Shown one piece after another: positions 19,086 to 27,770 of a stretch of DNA of 64,000 bases. A program made the translations under genes and the position numbers. This stretch comes from Acidimicrobiales bacterium (lineage in GTDB: Bacteria > Actinomycetota > Acidimicrobiia > Acidimicrobiales > MedAcidi-G1): contig JAKURV010000005.1 in assembly GCA_022452035.1 (NCBI GenBank), forward strand, positions 19,651 through 83,650, in the 5' to 3' direction. Below the pieces are notes generated by a model. That model was not told the origin of the DNA, did not search any database, and was given only the letters and a program-made list of their open reading frames with translations. How positions within the stretch are numbered: the stretch's first letter is position 1; each line of letters begins with the position of its first letter.

Positions 19086-19112
19086 GGTCAGCTCCGAGGA
19101 TCGTCGATCGGA

Positions 19113-20597
19113 TCAGGTCAGGCCCATGACCTGACCCACCTGGGGCGGGACGGGCAGATCGGCGTGGGCTTTGGCGATGGCGGCCAGCGCAGCCGCCGGA
19201 CCGGGAAGAAGGGGAGCCGTAGATCCGGCCCTGGTGTCCACGTGCAGCAGCATCTGCTCGGTGGTGCACAGCAGCTCACCGGTGGTGGCGTGCTCCATGG
19301 CATGGAAGAAGTGGAGCCGCTTGGCGTCCACGCCTAAAACCTGGGTGGTGAACCGGAGTGGATCGGCCAGTGAGGCCTCTCGCACGTAATTCAGGTGGGT
19401 CTCCACAGTGAAGAAAGTGTGGCCGGCCGACCGGTAGTCCTCGTCGACGCCCACATATCGGAAGAGCTTGTCGCTGGCCCACCCAAAAGCGGTCAGGAAC
19501 GCCCACTCAGACATGTGGCCGTTGTAGTCCACCCAGTCAGGCTCGACGGTCGTCTCGTACAGGGTCAGCGGGGCGGCCACCGGGTCACCCGCCGACCACT
19601 GGGCCGGGACGCCGGCCTCGTGGATTCGGGCCTCCCGTTCGGCCACCAGCCGTCCGGCCCCCAGGCCCAGCGGACGCAACGATCGCATGACGTTGACCAG
19701 GTAGTCGTCGCGGAGCCGCTCGAGCTCAGCCATGGTCCGGCCCTCGGCCTGCTCCTCGCAGCCGGCGGCCATCACCTCGATGAGGTCCTCGGTCAAGTCC
19801 GGGGCCTCCAGCTTCGTCCACGGCAACTTCAGGGCCGGGCCGAACTGGCCGAGCATGTGGCGCATGCCCTCTTCACCGCCCGCCAGGTGGAAGGTGAGGT
19901 TGGTCCCCATGCCGGCCCACCTCAGGCCCGGGCCGTAGTGCACCGCCTCGTCCAGCTCTCGCGTGGTGGCCACACCGTCGTTGACCAGGTGCAGGATCTC
20001 CCGCCACAGGGCCTCCTGGAGCCGGTCCGAGAGGTAGCCCTCGATCTCGGTTCGAACGAGCAGCGGATGCATGACCAGGTCGTCGTAGTGGGTCAGGGCC
20101 GCATCCACCGCTTCGGTCGATGTCTGGCGACCGGCTACCACCTCAACTAGCGGCAGCAGGTACACGGGGTTGAACGGGTGTCCGATGAGCACCCGCTCTG
20201 GGTGTCGGCAGCCCTCCTGGAGCCGGGTGGGTAGGAGCCCAGACGAACTGGAAGCGATGACCACCTCGGGGCCGGCTACCCCGGCCAGGGCCTGCAGCAG
20301 GGGACGCTTGACGTCCTCGTCTTCCGGGGCGCTCTCCTGGATCCAGTCGACCCGCCCCGCTAGGTCATCGGCCGTCGCCGCCCACGCGAGCTGGCTCCGG
20401 TCGGCCCCCGGGAACAACCCCAGCCTGGTGGCCGACGGCCAGGCCCGATCCACGGTGGCCCGTAGTCGTTCCTCAGCACCCGGTGCCGGGTCCCAGGCCA
20501 CCACGGCGTGGCCCCGGGCCAGCGCCCGGACAGCCCAGCCGGCCCCGATAACACCGGTGCCCACCACTCCGATGGTGCGCGGTGCGGTTCCTGCCAC
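19113..20597 (-). CDS. lcdH: L-carnitine 3-dehydrogenase fused to a C-terminal hotdog thioesterase domain
   Basis: IGVVGTGVIGAGWAVRALARGHAVVAWDPAPGAE matches the carnitine dehydrogenase N-terminus from memory. The C-terminal ~150 aa (VDYNGHMSEW...FFTVETHLNYVREA) form a 4HBT-type thioesterase. Confidence 0.8.
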   Translation of the reverse strand: MAGTAPRTIGVVGTGVIGAGWAVRALARGHAVVAWDPAPGAEERLRATVDRAWPSATRLGLFPGADRSQLAWAATADDLAGRVDWIQESAPEDEDVKRPLLQALAGVAGPEVVIASSSSGLLPTRLQEGCRHPERVLIGHPFNPVYLLPLVEVVAGRQTSTEAVDAALTHYDDLVMHPLLVRTEIEGYLSDRLQEALWREILHLVNDGVATTRELDEAVHYGPGLRWAGMGTNLTFHLAGGEEGMRHMLGQFGPALKLPWTKLEAPDLTEDLIEVMAAGCEEQAEGRTMAELERLRDDYLVNVMRSLRPLGLGAGRLVAEREARIHEAGVPAQWSAGDPVAAPLTLYETTVEPDWVDYNGHMSEWAFLTAFGWASDKLFRYVGVDEDYRSAGHTFFTVETHLNYVREASLADPLRFTTQVLGVDAKRLHFFHAMEHATTGELLCTTEQMLLHVDTRAGSTAPLLPGPAAALAAIAKAHADLPVPPQVGQVMGLT

Positions 20598-20626
20598 AAT
20601 CCCTCCCCGGGCGGTCGGTACCTGAC

Positions 20627-21520
20627 TCAGCCGAGCTTCAAGGTTTGGCGGGCGTCGGTCGTGGTCTGGATCCGGGCACCCATCAGTTCCACGATCCGGA
20701 CCGCCTTCTCGACCAACTGGGCGTTGGTGGCCAGCACCCCCCGCTCTAGGTAGAGGTTGTCCTCCAAGCCCACGCGCACGTGGCCGCCCAGCATCACCGA
20801 CTGGGCCGCCATCGGCATCTGCATGGCCCCGAGACCGAATGAGGTGAACTCGGCCTCGTCGGGAAGTCGGTTGACCATGGCCTGCAGGATCCCCACGTCC
20901 AGTGGCGTGCCGTAGGGGATGGACAGGCAGAGTTGGATCCAGTACGGGGCGTCGATGAGACCCTCAGCGATCATGGTCTCGGCGAACCACAGGTTGCCGG
21001 TGTCAAAGACCTCCAGCTCAGGTCGCACCCCGAGTTCGCGGACCCGCTGGGCCATGATGCGCAGCATCGATGGGGTCGAGACGTAGACCTCGTTGTCATC
21101 ACCGAAGTTCAGTGACCCGCAGTCCATGGAGCAGATGTCGGGCCGGATGGCCTCCACATGGGCCAGTCGCTCGGCGCCCCCGACCAGGTCGGTCCCTGGC
21201 TGCCAGGACATCGGGTCGTCATCGGGCCCGACGTTGAGGTCCCCCCCCATCCCAGCGGTCAGGTTGACCACGACGTCATCGTTCTTCTCCCGGATGCGCT
21301 CTACCACCTCCTGGTAGTAGGCCACGGTCCGGGTCCCCCGGCCGGTCTCCGGCTCACGGACGTGGCAGTGCACGATGGCTGCACCAGCCGAGGCGGCATC
21401 CAGGGCCGAGTTGGCAATCTGGGCCGGGGTCACTGGAACGTGCTCGCTGCGTCCGGCGGTGTCGCCGGCACCGGTTACGGCACACGAGATGATCACGTCG
21501 CGGTTCATGGATCGGGTCAT
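20627..21520 (-). CDS. beta-keto acid cleavage enzyme (BKACE/DUF849); candidate dehydrocarnitine cleavage enzyme
   Basis: VIISCAVTGAGDT...VPVTPAQIA...AAIVHCHVREPETG, typical of the 3-keto-5-aminohexanoate cleavage family. It lies adjacent to the carnitine dehydrogenase gene. Confidence 0.8.
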   Translation of the reverse strand: MTRSMNRDVIISCAVTGAGDTAGRSEHVPVTPAQIANSALDAASAGAAIVHCHVREPETGRGTRTVAYYQEVVERIREKNDDVVVNLTAGMGGDLNVGPDDDPMSWQPGTDLVGGAERLAHVEAIRPDICSMDCGSLNFGDDNEVYVSTPSMLRIMAQRVRELGVRPELEVFDTGNLWFAETMIAEGLIDAPYWIQLCLSIPYGTPLDVGILQAMVNRLPDEAEFTSFGLGAMQMPMAAQSVMLGGHVRVGLEDNLYLERGVLATNAQLVEKAVRIVELMGARIQTTTDARQTLKLG

Positions 21521-21705
21521 TAGCCACCTCCGAATTTCCCCGCCACGACGGGGCGACCGGGCCCGACGGCACTGCCGACCGGGCCGCCATTGTGTCCCTG
21601 AAGGCTCCTGCGTAGGCTTTCCTAAGGCTCAGGCCTCCAGATCCGCGCAGGCTACCCCGCCGTCCGCACCCACCGTGCCGGCGTCGGCGTGCCGAAGGAG
21701 CAACC

Positions 21706-22917
21706 ATGAAGATCCTGTTCGCCGACGCATTCCCCGAGTCGTTCATCGAGATTCTTCGAGAGCGGGGCGACGAGTGCGTCGTCTCTCCCGATCTCGGTGC
21801 CGAGGACCTCCCCGAGACCATCGGGGGCTTCGACGTGCTGGTCGTCCGTAGCACCAGAGTCACGGCCGAGGCCATCGACCGTTCCGACAACCTCGGTCTC
21901 ATCGTTCGATCGGGCGCCGGCACCAACACCATCGACTGCCAGGCGGCAGCTGACGCCGGTATCTACGTGTGCAACGTGCCCGGCACCAACTCGGTAGCCG
22001 TGGCCGAGTTGGCCCTCGGCCTCCTTTTGGCCGTAGACCGCCACATCCCGGCGGCTACCGCCGACCTCAGGGCCGGTGTCTGGAACAAGAAGGCGTACAG
22101 CAAATCCGATGGTCTCCTAGGCAAGACATTTGGTGTGGTCGGCGTGGGCGAGATTGGCCTGGCCACCGCCGAGCGGGCCCGAGCGTTCGGTATGACCGTG
22201 GTGGCCGAACGCAAGGCTGACCGTCAGCCAGACGTTGAGGCTCGCATCCGGGCTATCGGGATCCGCCTGGTGGAAGACCTGGACACCCTGATCGCCGAAT
22301 CGGACGTCATCTCGATCCACTTGCCAGGTGGCGGGGACACCGAGAACTTGGTGGACGCCGACTTCCTGGAGAAGATGAGGCCGGATGCCGTCCTGATCAA
22401 CACCAGCCGTGGCGAGGTGGTTGACGAGGTCGCCCTATTAGCGGCCATGGACACCAAAGGCATCCGGGCGGGTCTCGACGTGTTCCGCGACGAGCCGGGT
22501 AGCGGCACCGGGGAGTTCACGTCGGCCCTAGCCGGCCACCCCAACGTGGTGGGTACCCACCACATCGGCGCGTCCACCCAACAGGCCCAGGACGCCACAT
22601 CGGCAGGCACCGTCGAAGTCATCGAGGCTTACCGGATCGGCGAGCCCATGAACTGTGTCAACGTCGCCAGGACCCGAGTCGGGTCGACCACCATCACCAT
22701 CCGGCACTTCGACCGGGTAGGCGTGCTGGCCAGCGCCCTAGAGGTGCTGCGCCAGGCCCACATCAACGTCCAGACCATGGAGAACAAGGTCTTCCAGGGA
22801 TCGAACGCCGCCATGGCCGTCATCGACGTGACGGGCGAAGTCTCCGACGAGGTGAGCGACCAGTTGTCCAGTCTGGAGAACGTTCTCCAGGTCCAAACCA
22901 CGTCTCGCGAGCAGTGA
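21706..22917 (+). CDS. serA: D-3-phosphoglycerate dehydrogenase-type 2-hydroxyacid dehydrogenase with C-terminal ACT-like domain
   Basis: GVVGVGEIGLATAERARAFGM (NAD site), HLPGG...NLVD, GLDVFRDEP, THHIGAST. GAAGGAG lies upstream of the ATG. Confidence 0.75.
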   Translation: MKILFADAFPESFIEILRERGDECVVSPDLGAEDLPETIGGFDVLVVRSTRVTAEAIDRSDNLGLIVRSGAGTNTIDCQAAADAGIYVCNVPGTNSVAVAELALGLLLAVDRHIPAATADLRAGVWNKKAYSKSDGLLGKTFGVVGVGEIGLATAERARAFGMTVVAERKADRQPDVEARIRAIGIRLVEDLDTLIAESDVISIHLPGGGDTENLVDADFLEKMRPDAVLINTSRGEVVDEVALLAAMDTKGIRAGLDVFRDEPGSGTGEFTSALAGHPNVVGTHHIGASTQQAQDATSAGTVEVIEAYRIGEPMNCVNVARTRVGSTTITIRHFDRVGVLASALEVLRQAHINVQTMENKVFQGSNAAMAVIDVTGEVSDEVSDQLSSLENVLQVQTTSREQ

Positions 22918-24161
22918 ACGTGCTGCGGCCCTTCCCGGGCCTGGTCGTGGACCCGGCATGGGCCGACCGAGTCACTACCGGACCGTACGACGCCTACTCA
23001 CCGACCCAGCGGGCGGCCATCGCCGAGGCCAACCCTTACAGCTTCCTGAACGTGACCCGTTCCCAGGAGGATGTTCCGCCCGGCCGGCGGGACGACATCG
23101 ACGGCCTGATCGCCGAGTGTGCTGGGTCGATGCAACGCATATACGACGCTGGCGCCTATGTGCCCCACGACGCCCCGTCCCTGTTCCTGTACCGCCTGGC
23201 CACAGCCGACCACGTCCAGACCGGCATCATGGGGCTGGTTCCAGTGACCGAGCCCGGCGACCGGCGGGTTCTCCGCCACGAAGCGGTTCGTCCGGGCCGG
23301 GCCAACCTCCTGACCCGGCACCTGCTGGAGGTCGGGATGTCCTCCAGCCCCATCTCGCTCACCTACCGGACCGACGACGCCCTGGACGCCGTCGTCGCAG
23401 CGTGCTGCAACGACGACCCTGTGCTGGAGTCGACTAGCGACGGTGTACACCAGATGGTGTGGGCAGTCAGCGGGGCGGCCGCCGACACCCTGGCCAACGC
23501 CCTGGGTGAACGGCCCCTGTACGTAACCGACGGGCACCATCGCCTAGCGGCCGCGGTGGAAGCTCGGACCAGAAACCCCGGCCTCGCCGACGACCACCCT
23601 CTGCAATGGACCCAGGCCGTCCTGTTCCCGGACGCCGAGATGCTGGTCCTGCCCTTTCACCGGCGGGTCGGCGACCGGGCGAGACGGTCGGCCGACGAAC
23701 TGGTCGATTCCCTGTCCGGAGTCGGCGACCTGGTCCCGTGCCCCGGTATCGAGGAGGCCCGACCTTCCGGTCCGGGGTCGGTCGGCGTGTACCTGGCCGG
23801 TCGGTGGTTCTCTATGGACCTGCCCCCGGCCAGCGGTCGGCGGGCCGTCGACCTCCTGGACGTAGCTCGGCTCCAGGACGGGGTACTGGCCCCAGTCTTC
23901 GGGATCGAGGACCCGGGCAGCGACCCGATGATCGACTACGTCCCCGAACCGGTCGGTATCAACGCCCTGGTCGAGCGCTGCGACGCCGATTCCCGGGTCG
24001 GGTTCATCGTCCACGCCACGTCGGTGGCCGAGATGATGGCCGTAGCCGATGAGGACGGCCTGATGCCGCCCAAGTCGTCGTACTTTGAGCCCAAGCCCCG
24101 GTCCGGCGTGTTCGTCCGCCGCCTCGACCGAGAGCGCTCCTCGGGGTCAACAACCGCGTGA
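22914..24161 (+). CDS. DUF1015 domain-containing protein
   Basis: N-terminal LRPFPGL...P...PYD(A)YS pattern and length typical of DUF1015. GTGA overlap with the serA stop. Confidence 0.65.
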   Translation: MNVLRPFPGLVVDPAWADRVTTGPYDAYSPTQRAAIAEANPYSFLNVTRSQEDVPPGRRDDIDGLIAECAGSMQRIYDAGAYVPHDAPSLFLYRLATADHVQTGIMGLVPVTEPGDRRVLRHEAVRPGRANLLTRHLLEVGMSSSPISLTYRTDDALDAVVAACCNDDPVLESTSDGVHQMVWAVSGAAADTLANALGERPLYVTDGHHRLAAAVEARTRNPGLADDHPLQWTQAVLFPDAEMLVLPFHRRVGDRARRSADELVDSLSGVGDLVPCPGIEEARPSGPGSVGVYLAGRWFSMDLPPASGRRAVDLLDVARLQDGVLAPVFGIEDPGSDPMIDYVPEPVGINALVERCDADSRVGFIVHATSVAEMMAVADEDGLMPPKSSYFEPKPRSGVFVRRLDRERSSGSTTA

Positions 24162-25948
24162 CCAGTCCGGCAGTGCGCCGGGCACTCCTGCAGTTCCCGC
24201 AGGACGGCGAGCGGCGGTGGCTCTCGTTCGAGGCACCGTGGGACACCATCGTGGCCGAGGAACTCCATGACGTCCCTGCTGCCATGGCGGCCGCCCAGCA
24301 GGCGGCGGCCTCCGGACGGTGGGTGGTGGGCATGGTCTCCTACGATGCCGGACCGGCCTTCGATGACGCCATTCGCGCCGCTCGGATACGTCGGTGTCCG
24401 CTGGTCTCCTTCGGCGTGTTCGACGGGCCCCGCCCGTCGTCCAGTGCCCCCGACGGGCAGCCGTCGGCTAGCGGCGGCTATCACGTCGGGCCGTGGGTCC
24501 CAAACCGGTCCCAACCTGCCTACCTGACGTCGGTTCGGACAGTCCGGGAACTCATCGCCGCTGGCGAGACCTACCAGGTCAACTACACCATCCGGCTCCG
24601 GTCGCCGTTCAGCGGCGACCCGCTGGGCCTCTTCGGCGACCTGGTCCGGGCCCAGCGGGCCGACCACGCCGCCTACCTGGACCTGGGTGACCAGGCCGTC
24701 TGCTCGGCATCGCCCGAGATGTTCATCCGTCGCGAGGGCCGTCGCCTCACCTCGCGCCCCATGAAGGGCACTATCGGACGCCACCCGGACCCCGAGTTCG
24801 ACAGCCTGGCCGCCGCCCACTTGTCGCGCTCGGAGAAGGACCTGGCCGAAAACACGATGATCGTGGACATGGTGCGCAACGACCTGAGTCGGATTGCCGA
24901 CGGGGGCTCGGTGATGGTCCCGGCTCTGTACACCGTGGAGACCTACCCCACCCTGCACACCATGACGTCGACGGTGGTGGCCGACTCGGACGCTGACCTA
25001 AACACACTGTTCGAGGCGCTCTTCCCCGCGGCGTCGATCACCGGCGCCCCCAAGGTCCGCACCACCGAGATCATCGAGGCTCTGGAGGGCGACGGTCGGG
25101 GGATCTACACCGGAGCGATCGGGGCGCTGGCCCCGGACGGAACCCTGGAGTTCAACATCGCCATTCGAACCGTCTGGATCGATCGGGAACGGGGCACGGC
25201 TGAGTACGGCGTGGGCGGCGGCATCGTGTGGGACTCCGACCCGGACGAGGAGTGGCGGGAGGTTGAGCACAAGAGCCGGGTTCTGGGTCGGGCCCGGTCG
25301 GACTTCCGCCTCCTGGAGACCATGTCCTGGGATCCGGTCGGCGGCGTCGGCCTCCGCCATCGTCACGTCGACCGTATGGCGGCGTCGGCCGAGCACTTCG
25401 GCTTCGAGTTCGATGGTCGCCGCGTGGACGAGTTGCTGGACGGCGTGGAGGGAGTAGGCCCCCTCCGCCTCCGCCTGCTGAGCGCCCCTGACGGTTTGGC
25501 AGAACTGCAGGTGTCCGACGCACCGGAACTCACCACCGAGCCGTGGGACGTCCCAGTGGACGTGGAGCCGGTACCTGGCGGGCACGAATTCCTGTTCCAC
25601 AAGACCACGGTGCGCGAGGTCTACGACAATGCCCGGTCTCGCTTTCCCGGAGCGCCAGACGTGCTGTTGTGGAACGAGGTGGGCGAGCTGACCGAGACCA
25701 CCATCGGCAACTTAGTCCTGGACCTGGACGGCCGGCTGGTGACCCCGCCGGTGGCCTGTGGGCTCCTCCCCGGCACCTTCCGGGCCCAGCTGCTGGCAGA
25801 CGGCACCGTCGTCGAGCAGGTGGTGTCACGGTCTGACCTTGACCGGGCGGTCTCCGTGTGGCTGGTCAACTCGGTACGGGGCTGGGTGCCCATCATCCCG
25901 GTGACCGACACCAGTACCGTCCTCGGGGGGACCAGACGCCGCTACTGA
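24158..25948 (+). CDS. pabB: aminodeoxychorismate synthase component I fused to aminodeoxychorismate lyase-like (class IV aminotransferase fold) domain
   Basis: Chorismate-binding core (YQVNYT, SPEMF, MKGT, ENTMIVDMVRND, PAASITGAPK, GIYTGAIG). It is followed by ~200 aa with a class-IV fold pattern (LWNEVGELTETTIGNLV...GLLPGTFR). Confidence 0.75.
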   Translation: MTSPAVRRALLQFPQDGERRWLSFEAPWDTIVAEELHDVPAAMAAAQQAAASGRWVVGMVSYDAGPAFDDAIRAARIRRCPLVSFGVFDGPRPSSSAPDGQPSASGGYHVGPWVPNRSQPAYLTSVRTVRELIAAGETYQVNYTIRLRSPFSGDPLGLFGDLVRAQRADHAAYLDLGDQAVCSASPEMFIRREGRRLTSRPMKGTIGRHPDPEFDSLAAAHLSRSEKDLAENTMIVDMVRNDLSRIADGGSVMVPALYTVETYPTLHTMTSTVVADSDADLNTLFEALFPAASITGAPKVRTTEIIEALEGDGRGIYTGAIGALAPDGTLEFNIAIRTVWIDRERGTAEYGVGGGIVWDSDPDEEWREVEHKSRVLGRARSDFRLLETMSWDPVGGVGLRHRHVDRMAASAEHFGFEFDGRRVDELLDGVEGVGPLRLRLLSAPDGLAELQVSDAPELTTEPWDVPVDVEPVPGGHEFLFHKTTVREVYDNARSRFPGAPDVLLWNEVGELTETTIGNLVLDLDGRLVTPPVACGLLPGTFRAQLLADGTVVEQVVSRSDLDRAVSVWLVNSVRGWVPIIPVTDTSTVLGGTRRRY

Positions 25949-25989
25949 AGGGACTCGACCCCAGGACGGGACCCGGCCGGCGGAATAGC

Positions 25990-26964
25990 TCAGCCCCTGC
26001 GACGACGAATCTCGGCGGTGATGGCCGGGATGACCTGGTGCAGGTCGGCGATCACAGCGTGGCCGGCTCGGGTGACCATGTTGGCCTCCGGGTCGATATT
26101 GATGGCGAGGATGTTCTTGGCCGCCATAGCGCCAACCCAGTGCTGGATGGCGCCCGAGATGCCGCTGGCGATGTAGATCTCTGGGGCGATCCGCGTGCCG
26201 GTCTGTCCAACCTGGTCGCTGTGGGGACGCCAGCCGTTGTTGGTCACGGCCCGAGAACAGCCCACCACCCCACCCAGCTCGGAGGCCAGTTCCTCCAGCG
26301 GCGCGAACGCCTCAGCCGAACCGACGCCCCGACCGCCACCCACCACTACAGGAGAGGTGGCGAGGGTAATGCCCTGGGTCAGGACGACCCGGTCTGCCAC
26401 CACGGTGGCCGACAGCGACGGGTCCAAGTCGGGCAGGAAGGGTGCCACCACTCCGGCGGCTGGTGCATCGGCCGGAGCGGCCTCCACAGCGTGATGGGCC
26501 ACGGAGACCAGCTTCACGTCTGCAGACAGCGTGGTGTCCTCGAGCAGAGAACCACCCCACTGGACTCGGGTCATGGACCAGTCACCGTCGGCGGGCTGGA
26601 CCGTCCGGCAATTGGCCACAAATGGCACCTCCAGGCGGGCCGCCACCTGGGCCAGGACCTCGTTGCCACGGTCTGTACCACAGGCCAGCACAGCCGTCGC
26701 CCCGGTGGCCCTCACCAGTTGGACCACCGTCTCACCCCAGGCCTCGGGGCCGAAGTCAGTGAGGAGGTCGTGGGAGGCCAAGTGGACGGTGGCCGCCCCG
26801 TGGATCGCCAGGTCGGTAGAGGCCACCTCGGCGCCCTCGCCGATTACCACGGCGGCCAGATCCAGTCCGGCCGCCGCAGCCAGCGGGCGCCCAAAGGCAA
26901 GGGCCTCCAGCGAGGCCTCGGCCAGGTGGCCCCGGTCGTGGTCGCAGACAACGAGCAGGCTCAC
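25990..26964 (-). CDS. etfA: electron transfer flavoprotein alpha subunit
   Basis: C-terminal IYIASGISGAIQHWVGAMAAKNILAINIDPEA. Confidence 0.9.
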   Translation of the reverse strand: MSLLVVCDHDRGHLAEASLEALAFGRPLAAAAGLDLAAVVIGEGAEVASTDLAIHGAATVHLASHDLLTDFGPEAWGETVVQLVRATGATAVLACGTDRGNEVLAQVAARLEVPFVANCRTVQPADGDWSMTRVQWGGSLLEDTTLSADVKLVSVAHHAVEAAPADAPAAGVVAPFLPDLDPSLSATVVADRVVLTQGITLATSPVVVGGGRGVGSAEAFAPLEELASELGGVVGCSRAVTNNGWRPHSDQVGQTGTRIAPEIYIASGISGAIQHWVGAMAAKNILAINIDPEANMVTRAGHAVIADLHQVIPAITAEIRRRRG

Positions 26965-27728
26965 GACAGCACCCCCAGCTCCTCCAACAGGTCCACGATC
27001 GCCGGGGCGGCCTCAGGACCGGTGCCCAAGATCACTGTCTCGCTGACCGTCTCCACTGGTCGGTGCAGACGCACCCGTTCCTGTCCACCGGCGCCGGCCG
27101 AGCGCTCGTCCACCACCACCTCGGCCTTCTTGGAAGCCAGTCGGCCCTTCATGGTCGGATACCGCGGGAGGTTGATCCCTTCCTTCACCCCGAGGACGGC
27201 GGGCAGGGGCACGTTGTAGACCTCGAAGCCGCCATCGATCTGTCGACGGGCAGACGCCACGCCGTCGGCCACGTCGATGCCCTTGATCCCGTTGACTACC
27301 GGTCTACCCAGGGCATAGGCCACCCGGACCCCGACCTGGAACCCGCCGGCGTCAGCCGACTCATTGCCGAACAGGACGAGGTCAAACGGACCGACGACCG
27401 CCTCGACGTCGGCGACCGCTCCGGCCAGCGCCGCGGCAGTGCGCTGTGGGTCCCAATCCACCTCGGTGATCGGAACCAAGATCAAGTGGTGGGCCCCCAC
27501 GCTGGCCGCGTAGCGAAGCTGCTCCTCAGCCTCGACCGGGCCGAGGGTCAAGACGGTGACCTCGCCACCGTTGGCCTCGGTCAACCGGACGGCCTCTTCC
27601 ACCGCGCACTCCTCGTGGGGGCTGGTAGTGAAGCCCAGGTGGGACGAATCGACGGCCTGACCGTCGGCGGTGACATTGATGCGAGCACCGGGAGCCGGCA
27701 CGCGCTTCACGCAGACAAGGATCCTCAT
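26961..27728 (-). CDS. etfB: electron transfer flavoprotein beta subunit
   Basis: MRILVCVKRVP..., 255 aa, 4-nt overlap with etfA. Confidence 0.9.
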   Translation of the reverse strand: MRILVCVKRVPAPGARINVTADGQAVDSSHLGFTTSPHEECAVEEAVRLTEANGGEVTVLTLGPVEAEEQLRYAASVGAHHLILVPITEVDWDPQRTAAALAGAVADVEAVVGPFDLVLFGNESADAGGFQVGVRVAYALGRPVVNGIKGIDVADGVASARRQIDGGFEVYNVPLPAVLGVKEGINLPRYPTMKGRLASKKAEVVVDERSAGAGGQERVRLHRPVETVSETVILGTGPEAAPAIVDLLEELGVLS

Positions 27729-27770
27729 CGGTGAGCCTCTCTCTTCCTCGGGTAGGGGGCGACCCGGGGG

